Shown one piece after another: positions 1 to 8,534 of a stretch of 16,908 nt of DNA. This stretch comes from an uncultured Methanosarcinales archaeon (GTDB lineage: Archaea > Nanobdellota > Nanobdellia > Woesearchaeales > CAZYIM01): contig CAZYIM010000045.1 of the NCBI GenBank assembly GCA_964647565.1, forward strand, positions 1 through 16,908. Direction: 5' to 3'. Position 1 is the stretch's first letter, and every line of letters begins with the position of its first letter. A model generated the notes under the pieces. The model did not search any database. It was not told the DNA's origin and saw only the letters and a program-made list of their open reading frames with translations. The position numbers and the translations under genes are program-made.

Positions 1-1
1 C

Positions 2-3000
2 AATATAACCTTCCATTCCATCCAGGTAGAGGTCGACACAGGAAGAGATCTCATCTCGGGTGTAGATCGAGCCATGTTACTAACATATAGGACAGGTCTG
101 CAGCAGGACGGGCAGTGCGGATCCTATGCAGGAGTCACGCCTACCAACAGCTCATTGAATCTTGGCAGCGACAGCTTGCCAATAACAACAGAGTCAGGTT
201 ACTGCTACAGGTTCAGGATAACTGTATTTGACAATGCAGGCAACTTCGCAACATTTTATTCACCCAACGAGTCAAGAGACCTGAAGATAGATGCCACAAC
301 ACCAGTAGCCCCAACAATAACAGACGATGGCTTCTATATAACCACCAACTCATTGAGTTTCAGTTGGCAAGGGGCAGCTGATCCAGATTCAGGAATCTCA
401 CATTACAGATACATCCTAAGAGAAGAATACAACGCAACAACAAGAGACCTGATAGTGAACAACTATCATCTTGGAACCAGTCTGGCGTTTAACAATCTCA
501 ACCTGACAGACGAAGGAGTTTACAAGCTCTATGTCTGGGCTGTTAACAACGTTGGACTGGAGAATGGAAGTGTAAGCGACGGTATCCTCTTCCTTGACAG
601 GATCCCGCCAGAGGAAGTATCTGTCTACAGTGTAGGCAAGGATACAGATCCAAGCGATGGTTGGATGGATTATCTAGTCTCCACCACAACACCAATCAGC
701 ATCTATGGAGAAGAAGGTATGACCTGTGTTGTATCGCCATATGATATAGATTACTCAGAACAGTCTGCATTCGTGAATACCAACTGTTCTGGTATTGCAG
801 GAACAGGAGGCAAGAACCAAACATGCTTGATAAATGATCTTGAAGACGGAAACCAGACATTCTATATCATCTGTAAGGATGCAGCAGGCAATGAGCAGAC
901 TGCAGAACAAAGCACTGAGTTAAAATTCCAGAAGGAAACTGAGGGTCCAGATATCTGGATATTCGAACCTGAGAATGGAAGCCTACATGCAGTCCATCTC
1001 ATAGTATGGGCACACATCTGGGACACCATCGGCGTCGACCACAAATGGGTTACTCTAACCAAAGTCGGTGAAGATCAACCTACCTATGGCGGAATCTTCC
1101 AGCAAAATTCCACACCATATAACGAGATATTTGGAGTTAGTGAGTTGGAAGGTATATTCTACTTGACAGTCTATGCCAATGATACACTAGGAAGGCTAAG
1201 CAATGAGACCATAATTGTGGGCGTCAACAATGCCAGACCTAGTATTGTCATAAGAAACAATGACTATTACAAAGAAAATTTCAATCTAACAACAATAGTC
1301 CAGGTTTTCACAAATGCAACCATGCTTATCCGGGACAGCAACGGTGTTGTGAAATACAACATGAGCGTACATAATGATACGACCATGGATTTCCATGTAT
1401 GGTACAACTACATCAACATCAGCAACACCACTCTCTGGCCGAGCGGTAACTATACAGTCAACGTCACAGCCATAAAGGATAACAGGACAGTATTGACATC
1501 AGTACAGAACATATTCACAATTGACAGGAAGAACCCAACCTTGTTATGGACTGGTTTTTATCCAAACTCAACAGCACCTATATATAACAATCAGACTGTC
1601 ATAATGACCTCAACCTGGGCAGACGATACAGATATAGAATGGACTATGGTCCAACATGATGCTAACGGCTCTATGGTCAATTATACTGATACAGAGATTT
1701 TTGGAGACAGCTGGAGATTCACTATCCACGGATTTGATCTGGATCCATCCACAACTGTCAACTATAGGTGGCTTGCATGGGATATGTCAGGTAATTTGAA
1801 CACCAGTCCTTGGCAGAACTTCAATATAGCTAATAGGCTGCCTAACTTCCTGACCACAACACTTGAAGATACTTGGGTCAATGGATCATACAGCACTTTC
1901 ATCAACACACTAGACCTGGATTATCCAGACTACAACCTTACATGCACTGCTGAGATACCAGACATGACCATGATAACCTATAACTCAACTGCTTGCCTGT
2001 TAACCTGGACCCCCAACAGTTCATACTTGGGAACAACTGAGTTCAACATCACTATAAATGACGGACTGAACAATGTGATCAGGACCTTTAACATAACAGT
2101 CATACAGTCGATCGGCCATAGGGTGAATCCAACAACAACCAGACCATTATTGGTCAGGTACTGGAGCAATGGAACCATAATCCATGAGAGATACATAAGT
2201 TCAGATCCTTGGATATATGTGCCATCCAACCTGATATACAACATCACACACACGCAGGACAGGTTCACCATCACATACTACAATGTAAACATTGCCCAGA
2301 TGGGAAATATGAACATATCTTATGCACAATTAGATGCAGACAACATAGAGAATGCGGATGCACAGATTGGAGCAGGCACTTTGATGAGATATAATCCATT
2401 CATAGCACACGCATATAGTTCATCAAGCAATTACACAGGTAATATGACCATAAGAATAAATCATGAAGGCGTAATTGGAGATCCAGTCAATGTTTATGTG
2501 TATAAGTTCGGATATGATTTCCAATCTTCAGCAATACTCTATGATACTAGACAGCTATACGAAGTCTATCTCATAAACAGTGCCTATGCATACATCAATG
2601 TTACAAACCTTTCAGCCTTTGTCCTGGTAAAGGACAGGGCTATCACTGAAGTCTGCCGCAATAGCATCGATGATGACTATGACGGAGCTGTTGATGAAGG
2701 CTGCTCCTATCGCGGAGGCGGCGGAGGCGGAAGAGGTCTATCTGTCGGAAGAAGGAACAGTTGCAATGACTCTATCAAGAACTGCCATGGAGGCCAATGC
2801 GAGGAAGATATTGATTGTGGAGGAGCATGTGCACCCTGCCCAACCTGCAGTGATAAAATTAGAAACCAGGGTGAAAGCAGGATTGACTGTGGCGGACCAT
2901 GCACACCATGTCCATCAACTTGCACAGACGGAATTCAAAACCAAGGTGAGAAAGCAATAGATTGCGGAGGGCCCTGCAAGAGATGCCAGTTGCCGCCAAC

Positions 3001-3661
3001 ATGCGATGATAGACTAAAGAATGGGGCTGAAGAAGGAGTCGACTGTGGAGGATCATGTAAACCATGTGTCGCAGCTCCAACTTGTGAAGATGGCATTAGA
3101 AATGGCAAAGAAGAAGGGGCTGACTGCGGCGGACCATGCAAACCATGCAAGCAACAGCCAGGAGTGATACCTGTAAAGTTCAAGATACCCTATTATATAT
3201 GGATCATCTTAGCAACAATATTGGTCTTTGGAATAGGCGCTGTGATCATCTATGGAAACCTCTATAAGAAAGAAGAGAAGATGGTCGTCCAGACCAAACA
3301 GGCGCTAGTCCAAGAACAAGAAGCTTATGATGTCCTGGCAGACCAAGAGATCAATACCATAACCAACTATGTCGGCAAGTATCTGTTGCAGGGCTTCACC
3401 AATGATGAAGTCCGAAGGTTGATGATGCAGGCAGGTTTCCCAGGAGAAAAGGTTGATATTGTGATGGCAGATGTGATCAGGGAAGAGAGCCTCCAACAGG
3501 TCAGGGATTATGTGATGACCTACAGCGCACAGGGCTACACATTCGAGGAGTTGAAGGCCTGGATGCTGAATCAGAACATACCCGAGGATCTGATCAATGA
3601 AGCAATGGAGATTGACGAACATACTTTAGCAGAAGTACCAATGCCTCCAAGACCTAACTAA
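2..3661 (+). CDS. Very large membrane-anchored surface (glyco)protein, 5'-truncated: Ig/FN3-like beta domains, Gly linker, five Cys-rich repeats, C-terminal TM helix and cytoplasmic tail
   Basis: The frame of the 74..3661 ORF is open back to nt 2 (NITFHSIQVEVDTGRDLISGVDRAM...), so the true start is probably upstream of the window. It has FN3/Ig-like signatures (DPDSGISHY, YVWAVNNVG, CKDAAGN, AWDMSGN) and many N-x-S/T sequons. Also present: EVCRNSIDDDYDGAVDEGC, GGGGGG, DCGGxCxxC repeats and TM YYIWIILATILVFGIGAVIIY. Confidence 0.85.
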   Translation, partial: NITFHSIQVEVDTGRDLISGVDRAMLLTYRTGLQQDGQCGSYAGVTPTNSSLNLGSDSLPITTESGYCYRFRITVFDNAGNFATFYSPNESRDLKIDATTPVAPTITDDGFYITTNSLSFSWQGAADPDSGISHYRYILREEYNATTRDLIVNNYHLGTSLAFNNLNLTDEGVYKLYVWAVNNVGLENGSVSDGILFLDRIPPEEVSVYSVGKDTDPSDGWMDYLVSTTTPISIYGEEGMTCVVSPYDIDYSEQSAFVNTNCSGIAGTGGKNQTCLINDLEDGNQTFYIICKDAAGNEQTAEQSTELKFQKETEGPDIWIFEPENGSLHAVHLIVWAHIWDTIGVDHKWVTLTKVGEDQPTYGGIFQQNSTPYNEIFGVSELEGIFYLTVYANDTLGRLSNETIIVGVNNARPSIVIRNNDYYKENFNLTTIVQVFTNATMLIRDSNGVVKYNMSVHNDTTMDFHVWYNYINISNTTLWPSGNYTVNVTAIKDNRTVLTSVQNIFTIDRKNPTLLWTGFYPNSTAPIYNNQTVIMTSTWADDTDIEWTMVQHDANGSMVNYTDTEIFGDSWRFTIHGFDLDPSTTVNYRWLAWDMSGNLNTSPWQNFNIANRLPNFLTTTLEDTWVNGSYSTFINTLDLDYPDYNLTCTAEIPDMTMITYNSTACLLTWTPNSSYLGTTEFNITINDGLNNVIRTFNITVIQSIGHRVNPTTTRPLLVRYWSNGTIIHERYISSDPWIYVPSNLIYNITHTQDRFTITYYNVNIAQMGNMNISYAQLDADNIENADAQIGAGTLMRYNPFIAHAYSSSSNYTGNMTIRINHEGVIGDPVNVYVYKFGYDFQSSAILYDTRQLYEVYLINSAYAYINVTNLSAFVLVKDRAITEVCRNSIDDDYDGAVDEGCSYRGGGGGGRGLSVGRRNSCNDSIKNCHGGQCEEDIDCGGACAPCPTCSDKIRNQGESRIDCGGPCTPCPSTCTDGIQNQGEKAIDCGGPCKRCQLPPTCDDRLKNGAEEGVDCGGSCKPCVAAPTCEDGIRNGKEEGADCGGPCKPCKQQPGVIPVKFKIPYYIWIILATILVFGIGAVIIYGNLYKKEEKMVVQTKQALVQEQEAYDVLADQEINTITNYVGKYLLQGFTNDEVRRLMMQAGFPGEKVDIVMADVIREESLQQVRDYVMTYSAQGYTFEELKAWMLNQNIPEDLINEAMEIDEHTLAEVPMPPRPN
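2762..3148 (+). repeat. Five tandem Cys-rich coding repeats, consensus TCxDxxxNxxExxxDCGGxCxxC
   Basis: Units: CNDSIKNCHGGQCEEDIDCGGACAPC, TCSDKIRNQGESRIDCGGPCTPC, TCTDGIQNQGEKAIDCGGPCKRC, TCDDRLKNGAEEGVDCGGSCKPC, TCEDGIRNGKEEGADCGGPCKPC. The DNA copies are diverged, so this is an old protein-level repeat. Confidence 0.9.
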
Positions 3662-3701
3662 AGCTAAATTTATTTTTCTTATATTTTTTATTACCACAAT
3701 A

Positions 3702-3709
3702 CTTAAATA
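3702..3709 (+). promoter_or_regulatory. TATA box of pyrG (probably leaderless transcript)
   Basis: CTTAAATA ends 23 nt before ATG 3732, and there is no Shine-Dalgarno. T-rich tracts at 3669-3692 probably terminate the upstream gene. Confidence 0.55.
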
Positions 3710-3731
3710 TGAAATAATAGATGAATAATTG

Positions 3732-5333
3732 ATGCAGACAGTCAAATGGATTATAGTAACGGGCGGAGTTCTTTCTGGTTTAGGTAAAGGAGTCGCATGT
3801 GCCAGCATTGGCAGGCTTCTGGCCAACAAATACAGCATTCTTCCGATCAAATGTGATGGCTATCTAAATGTAGATCCAGGCACCATGAATCCTATTGAAC
3901 ACGGAGAGGTCTTTGTGCTCGATGACGGTGGCGAGGTGGACATGGACTTTGGCCATTATGAACGATTTATCGGTGTCAACAGTAAAGTTATCTGGAACCT
4001 TACGATGGGCAAGGTCTTTGATATCATAAGACAGAAAGAAAGGCGCGGAGATTTTCTTGGAAAAACTGTTCAGCTCATTCCACATGTAACTGATTTGATT
4101 AAACATTGGTATAAAGATCTTGCCAAGAAGGAAAAAGCTGATATCATCATGATAGAGATAGGCGGCACTGTTGGCGATATTGAAAATGAACTTTTTTTAG
4201 AGGCCTGCAGACAACTAAGAAGAGATGTGGGTGATGAAAATATCATGTACATACATCTAACATATGTCCCAATTCCTTATGGCGTCAATGAACAGAAGAG
4301 CAAGCCAACCCAGCAGAGTATCAAGCTATTGAATATGATGGGTATCTTTCCAAATGTCATCATAGGACGATGTTCTGAGTTCATAACAGATAAGATCAAG
4401 GAGAAGATAGCTATGTTCTGTGAGATAGATAAAGCTTCAGTCATCACTGGAAAGGATACGGATAACATCTATAAGCTGCCATTGATTTTCGATAAGGAAG
4501 GCCTTTCAAAAATAATTTCAACCGAATTGAATATCGAGGTTGATCCTGATCTGGACCAATGGAACAAACTGGTCACCAACATGGGTTCAGCCAAAAAAGA
4601 TGTGGTTATTGCCATCTGCGGCAAGTACACAAAGCTCGAGGATTCTTATGCCAGCATTATCGAGGCATTGAACCACTGCCAGGCACATCTAAAACACAAG
4701 GTAAAGGTCAGATGGGTTGAAACTACAGATCTGACTGACACCTCCTCAACCTTAAAGGATGTGGACGGTGTAATTGTTCCAGGCGGTTTTGGAAGCAGAG
4801 GAGTTGAAGGCAAGATAAAAGTCATTGAACATTGCAGAAAAAAAGGCATACCCTTCCTGGGCATCTGTTATGGTATGCAACTGGCTGTTGCAGAATTCGC
4901 CAGGAATGTATGTGAACTCGAAGGTGCTAATAGTACAGAGATAGATCCCAAGACCAAACATCCTGTTATTGATATCCTGCCTGAACAAAAAACAATCAAG
5001 GACAAGGGCGGTACTATGAGACTAGGTGCTTATCCTGCGGTTCTTAAGAAAGGCACAAAAATAGCTGAACTTTATGGATCTACTGATGTCTCTGAAAGGC
5101 ATAGGCACAGATTTGAGGTGAATCCAGAATACCACAAGATCCTAACTGAAAAGGGAATGGTATTCTCAGGCATGTCACCCAATAGAAAACTGGTTGAGTT
5201 CATAGAGCTGCCCAATCATCCATATTTCACAGGCACTCAGGGGCACCCAGAACTCAAGTCTTCACTTCTCAAACCAGCCCCGCTTTTCTTTGGCCTTGTT
5301 GAAGCTGCAATAAAGAAAAGATACGACAACTAA
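3732..5333 (+). CDS. pyrG: CTP synthase
   Basis: Motifs TGGVLSGLGKG, YLNVDPGTMNP-EHGEVFV, DMDFGHYERF, EIGGTVGDIE, KSKPTQQS, PGGFG, GICYGMQ, ERHRHRFEVN and HPE. ATG 3732 is preferred over the adjacent TTG 3729. Confidence 0.98.
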   Translation: MQTVKWIIVTGGVLSGLGKGVACASIGRLLANKYSILPIKCDGYLNVDPGTMNPIEHGEVFVLDDGGEVDMDFGHYERFIGVNSKVIWNLTMGKVFDIIRQKERRGDFLGKTVQLIPHVTDLIKHWYKDLAKKEKADIIMIEIGGTVGDIENELFLEACRQLRRDVGDENIMYIHLTYVPIPYGVNEQKSKPTQQSIKLLNMMGIFPNVIIGRCSEFITDKIKEKIAMFCEIDKASVITGKDTDNIYKLPLIFDKEGLSKIISTELNIEVDPDLDQWNKLVTNMGSAKKDVVIAICGKYTKLEDSYASIIEALNHCQAHLKHKVKVRWVETTDLTDTSSTLKDVDGVIVPGGFGSRGVEGKIKVIEHCRKKGIPFLGICYGMQLAVAEFARNVCELEGANSTEIDPKTKHPVIDILPEQKTIKDKGGTMRLGAYPAVLKKGTKIAELYGSTDVSERHRHRFEVNPEYHKILTEKGMVFSGMSPNRKLVEFIELPNHPYFTGTQGHPELKSSLLKPAPLFFGLVEAAIKKRYDN

Positions 5334-5336
5334 GTC

Positions 5337-5343
5337 TTTTTTT
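5337..5343 (+). terminator. Oligo-T archaeal-type terminator after pyrG
   Basis: T7 run starting 4 nt after the TAA stop. Confidence 0.5.
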
Positions 5344-5344
5344 A

Positions 5345-5467
5345 TAACCTTATAAAATTGCATAGCAATTTTAAAGTTCTGAATTGGCTTTGCCAATCCA
5401 GTAACTTACAGAAAAACTTCATTTTTCTGAAGTTATGAAAACCTTCGGTTTTCATTAACTTTATAAA
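5345..5467. repeat. Array of four abutting short-loop inverted repeats bracketed by 12-bp near-identical direct repeats
   Basis: Hairpins: TAAAATTGC-ATA-GCAATTTTA (5353-5373), CTGAATTGGC-TTT-GCCAATCCAG (5379-5401), TAACTT(A)CAGAAAAA-CTTCA-TTTTTCTGAAGTTA (5402-5435) and ATGAAAACC-TTC-GGTTTTCAT (5435-5455). Flanks: TAACCTTATAAA (5345-5356) and TAACTTTATAAA (5456-5467). Confidence 0.8.
5460..5467 (+). promoter_or_regulatory. TATA box of the Zn-ribbon/ef1b operon
   Basis: TTTATAAA ends 23 nt before ATG 5490. Confidence 0.65.
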
Positions 5468-5489
5468 TCAATCCTATTTTCTTCGACCT

Positions 5490-5663
5490 ATGGAACCAGA
5501 ACAAAAATGTATATCATGTAAAATTAGATTAGTTAATAACAAAGGATCTGTGAGTTTTCCATGCCCTAAGTGCGGGAAATATACGATCAACAGGTGCAAG
5601 AACTGCAGACAGATAGCTGCTAAGTATGAATGCCCTGAATGCGGATTTATAGGTCCAAACTAA
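5490..5663 (+). CDS. Small double Zn-ribbon protein (DUF1610/HVO_2753 family), 57 aa; absent from the ORF track
   Basis: Manual translation: [57 protein letters not shown]. It has four CxxC pairs with the FxCPxCG...RCxxCR...YxCPxCGFxGP signature and lies in the conserved archaeal position upstream of EF-1beta. Confidence 0.93.
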   Translation: MEPEQKCISCKIRLVNNKGSVSFPCPKCGKYTINRCKNCRQIAAKYECPECGFIGPN

Positions 5664-5683
5664 ATTTCTAGGAGGAATAGAAC

Positions 5684-5962
5684 ATGGGACAAGCAATTGT
5701 TACTCTGAAAATAATGCCAGAAGCACCAGATACTAATCTTGAGGAAATCGAGAAGAAAGCCAAAGTGATGATCGTTGATTTTGCAGGCGAAGGCGACACT
5801 AAGACTGAGATCGAACCCATTGCCTTTGGCTTGAAAGCCTTGAAGATCATCTTTATCATGGATGAAGCCCAGGGTTCTACTGAAAGCCTTGAAAACAATA
5901 TTGCAACCATCGAAGGTGTCAATTCTGTCGATGTTTCTGATGTTCGAAGAGCAATCGGATAG
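5684..5962 (+). CDS. ef1b: Archaeal translation elongation factor 1-beta
   Basis: Motifs LKIMPE..D, EPIAFGLKAL and IEGVNSVDV. GGAGG RBS at 5671-5675. Follows the Zn-ribbon gene. Confidence 0.95.
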   Translation: MGQAIVTLKIMPEAPDTNLEEIEKKAKVMIVDFAGEGDTKTEIEPIAFGLKALKIIFIMDEAQGSTESLENNIATIEGVNSVDVSDVRRAIG

Positions 5963-6084
5963 TTTTTCTGCTTTGCCTGATTGAAAAAAGGATTTTTTAG
6001 CCTTTTATTCATTATCGAATAGTAAAATTTAAATAGATGTTAGTCTGTCATCTCCAATATAACACATGTTGGAGGGTGGTATTG

Positions 6085-7422
6085 ATGAAAAAGGAATTTT
6101 GGCAAGGTTTTGAAAATAGCTACGTTCTAGGGCTTGGTAGCAACAAGGTTGATCGAAAAGACGTCAAAGAGCTTGAAGCAGAAGTCTTAAAAATCGTAGA
6201 GACTCTATTTGCAGACGAACTAAAAGATGCAAAAAATCTAGAGACCAGCATCACACAAGGACTTGGTGCAAATCATGATGAAGATAATGCAGGTTCTGAA
6301 CACTTGTATGGTGTTTTTAAGAAACCAAAGGAGGGATTTCTAAGACCGAAAAAGCTCTTTGCTAAGGTTGCTAGAAACAATACTCAGAACACAATATCAA
6401 TAAGGGAGATAAGCGATCCAGATAAGTTTAGTCAACTAAGAACCCTAATAGAAGAGAATCTTGGAGCAGAATATGTTGGCGAGAAGATCCCTGATGCATA
6501 TTGGCAGTTTGGATCATCTACAAAAGAGAAAAAGGTCACAAAACTAAATGTTACTCCAAAGGCACCAATTATTGAAACACCTGTAATAATTACAGAACCA
6601 GGTGATGAGATACCAGAATATAAGGCATCTGAAAAAGTAAAGACAGAGTTTTCCATGAAAAAGTATATTTTAAGATCCGCAGCAGTCATTGCAGCAACAG
6701 CTATAATCCTTGGAGGCGTTACAAAAGCAGTCTTCACATCCAGGCATGAAGCAATGTCACTTAGTGATATGGTAACCATGGATGTCGCAGAATATACTAG
6801 CATGCCAGGAATTGTGAAATTCATCGATCCCCCAGATTTCAAGTTCACACTGACCAAAGGTTATGAAGTGCTTGTAGAAACACCAAATGCGGCTTTGCTA
6901 AAACAAGGAGATGATGTTCTCTATGTGATGGGAAAACTCGATACTGCAGGCACTAAGGGAGTTTACTTTCCAGATGGAAAGACATTTATACAAAAAGGCT
7001 CTGGTTTAACTAAGGTCTTCAATCTTGGACCTTTTTATGATGCAGATGCTTATAACAATGTAGATCCAAAGGAAGTCATGTTTGACAACCAGACTGCTTT
7101 TAGAACTATGTTTGAGGGAAAGTCAAGCTTGGCATTTTTTAACTATGGTGACGATAAAGATGTCATAGAGAAGGAGGGAGACCTTTATATCCAGGCAGCA
7201 AGCAAGAGGCTCTATGGCAGATTGGTACAGGGACAGATCAAACTTGTCGGTCTCAATGACTTTCAGAAAGCAGGGATTAAGGAATTTGGTGCAGGAACAT
7301 TGTTCGGAGAGCTTTCAGCAGTCTATGACTACAGGGCAAAAACAGGTCCAAAAAGAATTAATGGTTACATTGGAGAATTCACTGTTGAAGCATTCCTTAG
7401 CCCAACCAATATAAACCTCTAG
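6085..7422 (+). CDS. Hypothetical protein with a single central transmembrane helix
   Basis: Long ORF. ATG 6085 is preferred over 6037 because GGAGGGTGG (6071-6079) precedes it and a TATA-like TTTAAATA lies at 6028-6035. Hydrophobic segment ILRSAAVIAATAIILGGVTKAVF follows KK. No recognisable family motif. Confidence 0.75.
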   Translation: MKKEFWQGFENSYVLGLGSNKVDRKDVKELEAEVLKIVETLFADELKDAKNLETSITQGLGANHDEDNAGSEHLYGVFKKPKEGFLRPKKLFAKVARNNTQNTISIREISDPDKFSQLRTLIEENLGAEYVGEKIPDAYWQFGSSTKEKKVTKLNVTPKAPIIETPVIITEPGDEIPEYKASEKVKTEFSMKKYILRSAAVIAATAIILGGVTKAVFTSRHEAMSLSDMVTMDVAEYTSMPGIVKFIDPPDFKFTLTKGYEVLVETPNAALLKQGDDVLYVMGKLDTAGTKGVYFPDGKTFIQKGSGLTKVFNLGPFYDADAYNNVDPKEVMFDNQTAFRTMFEGKSSLAFFNYGDDKDVIEKEGDLYIQAASKRLYGRLVQGQIKLVGLNDFQKAGIKEFGAGTLFGELSAVYDYRAKTGPKRINGYIGEFTVEAFLSPTNINL

Positions 7423-7432
7423 AATTCTTTTT

Positions 7433-8458
7433 TTATTTTTTATTTATGTTTTTAATTAGATTAAGAAGTTCTTTAATAGAAATATCACTCTTGATTCCCA
7501 AGGGATCAAAATGAGTTCTTGAAACAAAGTATTTTTTCTTTTTTATCTTGTTGATGAGGTCTTCGAACCGCGGGATAGGTAACTGGTTCTTTTTACAGAT
7601 CTTGTGGATATGGTAGAAACCGACAATGTTCTTCTTTGACTCTTCTGCAATTATCGATGTGAAATTATCTATTACAATTTTCTTGGCCAGTTTAGCATCC
7701 CACAACTGACCTGTCCAAAGAGGACCTGCACCGGAATAAAAGTCGTGCTGGTTTATTATTTCATCCACTTTCTTTTTGCCCTTCTGACATCTGAAAAAGA
7801 TCCTCATATAATGATCTCTTGAGAATGAATATATAGGAATTAGAGCTTTCTCAAACTGCGCGCCAAAAAGCTGGACCTTTCTTATTAGGATCCTTAAGCC
7901 GATTTCATGCTTCTCCTCATTCCTCAATGGAACAGCCCAATACTTCCTCTTACAGGCATCCGGATATGTTCCAGCCAGTGCAGAGGTGTCTGTGGCTGTG
8001 ACCGCCAGGATGCCATTCCTGCCAACTCGCTTAACAGCCAGGTCTAGAAATGGGTTGGGAGTACCAAATGGATCAACATCAATGTAGTTGAAGCCCTCAG
8101 AGAAAAGCATGAACTGGTTGGCATCCATGTTTGATAAGGCTATTTTATTGCTTGGCTTGATCTTGTTAAGTTCCAAAGCAGCCTCTATGATCTGGAAAAA
8201 ATCAGGTTTGTAGTCATTGAAGATGACCTTGTCGATCTTACCCTTCTTCAGCTCTTTTAGAAACCTCAGTCCTCTTATTCCAGAGCCTGCCAATGGAAGA
8301 GCAAGCAACATCTTCTTGTCAGCAATTGCATTCAATAACGCAATAGAGATGTCCCTGTTGAACTTCATCACAGGATTATAGAAGACTGGAAGCTTCTTGG
8401 ATATTTTAGTCTCGTCAGGAATTTGCAGCTTAATAGAGCCTTCAGTGATTAGTCGCAT
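7433..8458 (-). CDS. trm1: tRNA (guanine-26-N2)-dimethyltransferase
   Basis: Motifs PVFYNPVMKFNRD, LAGSGIRGLR, IDVDPFGTP, LAVTATD, HEIGLRIL, HYMRIF, GPLWTG and SRTHF. Confidence 0.95.
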   Translation of the reverse strand: MRLITEGSIKLQIPDETKISKKLPVFYNPVMKFNRDISIALLNAIADKKMLLALPLAGSGIRGLRFLKELKKGKIDKVIFNDYKPDFFQIIEAALELNKIKPSNKIALSNMDANQFMLFSEGFNYIDVDPFGTPNPFLDLAVKRVGRNGILAVTATDTSALAGTYPDACKRKYWAVPLRNEEKHEIGLRILIRKVQLFGAQFEKALIPIYSFSRDHYMRIFFRCQKGKKKVDEIINQHDFYSGAGPLWTGQLWDAKLAKKIVIDNFTSIIAEESKKNIVGFYHIHKICKKNQLPIPRFEDLINKIKKKKYFVSRTHFDPLGIKSDISIKELLNLIKNINKK

Positions 8459-8479
8459 GATATTAGGAGAAATAATTCA

Positions 8480-8512
8480 TTTATAAACTTGCCTTTCCGA
8501 AGAATTTAAATA
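8480..8512. promoter_or_regulatory. Back-to-back TATA boxes for trm1 (-) and the MBL hydrolase (+)
   Basis: TTTATAAA at 8480-8487 is 22 nt from the trm1 ATG. TTTAAATA at 8505-8512 is 23 nt from ATG 8535. Confidence 0.65.
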
Positions 8513-8534
8513 AGCATATTATTACTTCAGTTCC

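Noticed and set aside
2714..3148. GGC/GGA run and recurring GAYTGYGGNGG as a DNA repeat array
   Set aside because: These are explained by the poly-Gly and DCGG codons of the surface protein, and synonymous positions vary.
5435..5455. C(UUCG)G tetraloop bacterial-type intrinsic terminator
   Set aside because: The perfect 9-bp stem has a 3-nt loop and the UUCG register breaks the pairing. There is no U-tract after the stem, and it is one of four similar hairpins.
5345..5467. tRNA or mini-CRISPR interpretation of the hairpin array
   Set aside because: There is no acceptor stem or T-loop consensus, and the hairpins differ in sequence with no repeat-spacer periodicity.
5986..6006. AAAAGG-N9-CCTTTT stem after ef1b
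   Set aside because: It is short and low-complexity. The neighbouring T tracts are enough to explain termination.
5668..6012. 114-aa minus-strand ORF and the other short overlapping ORFs in the track (e.g. 6432-6857, 3305-3622, 11444-11761, 16145-16471, 16598-16876)
   Set aside because: They are antisense or off-frame shadows of well-supported genes, with no motifs or initiation signals.
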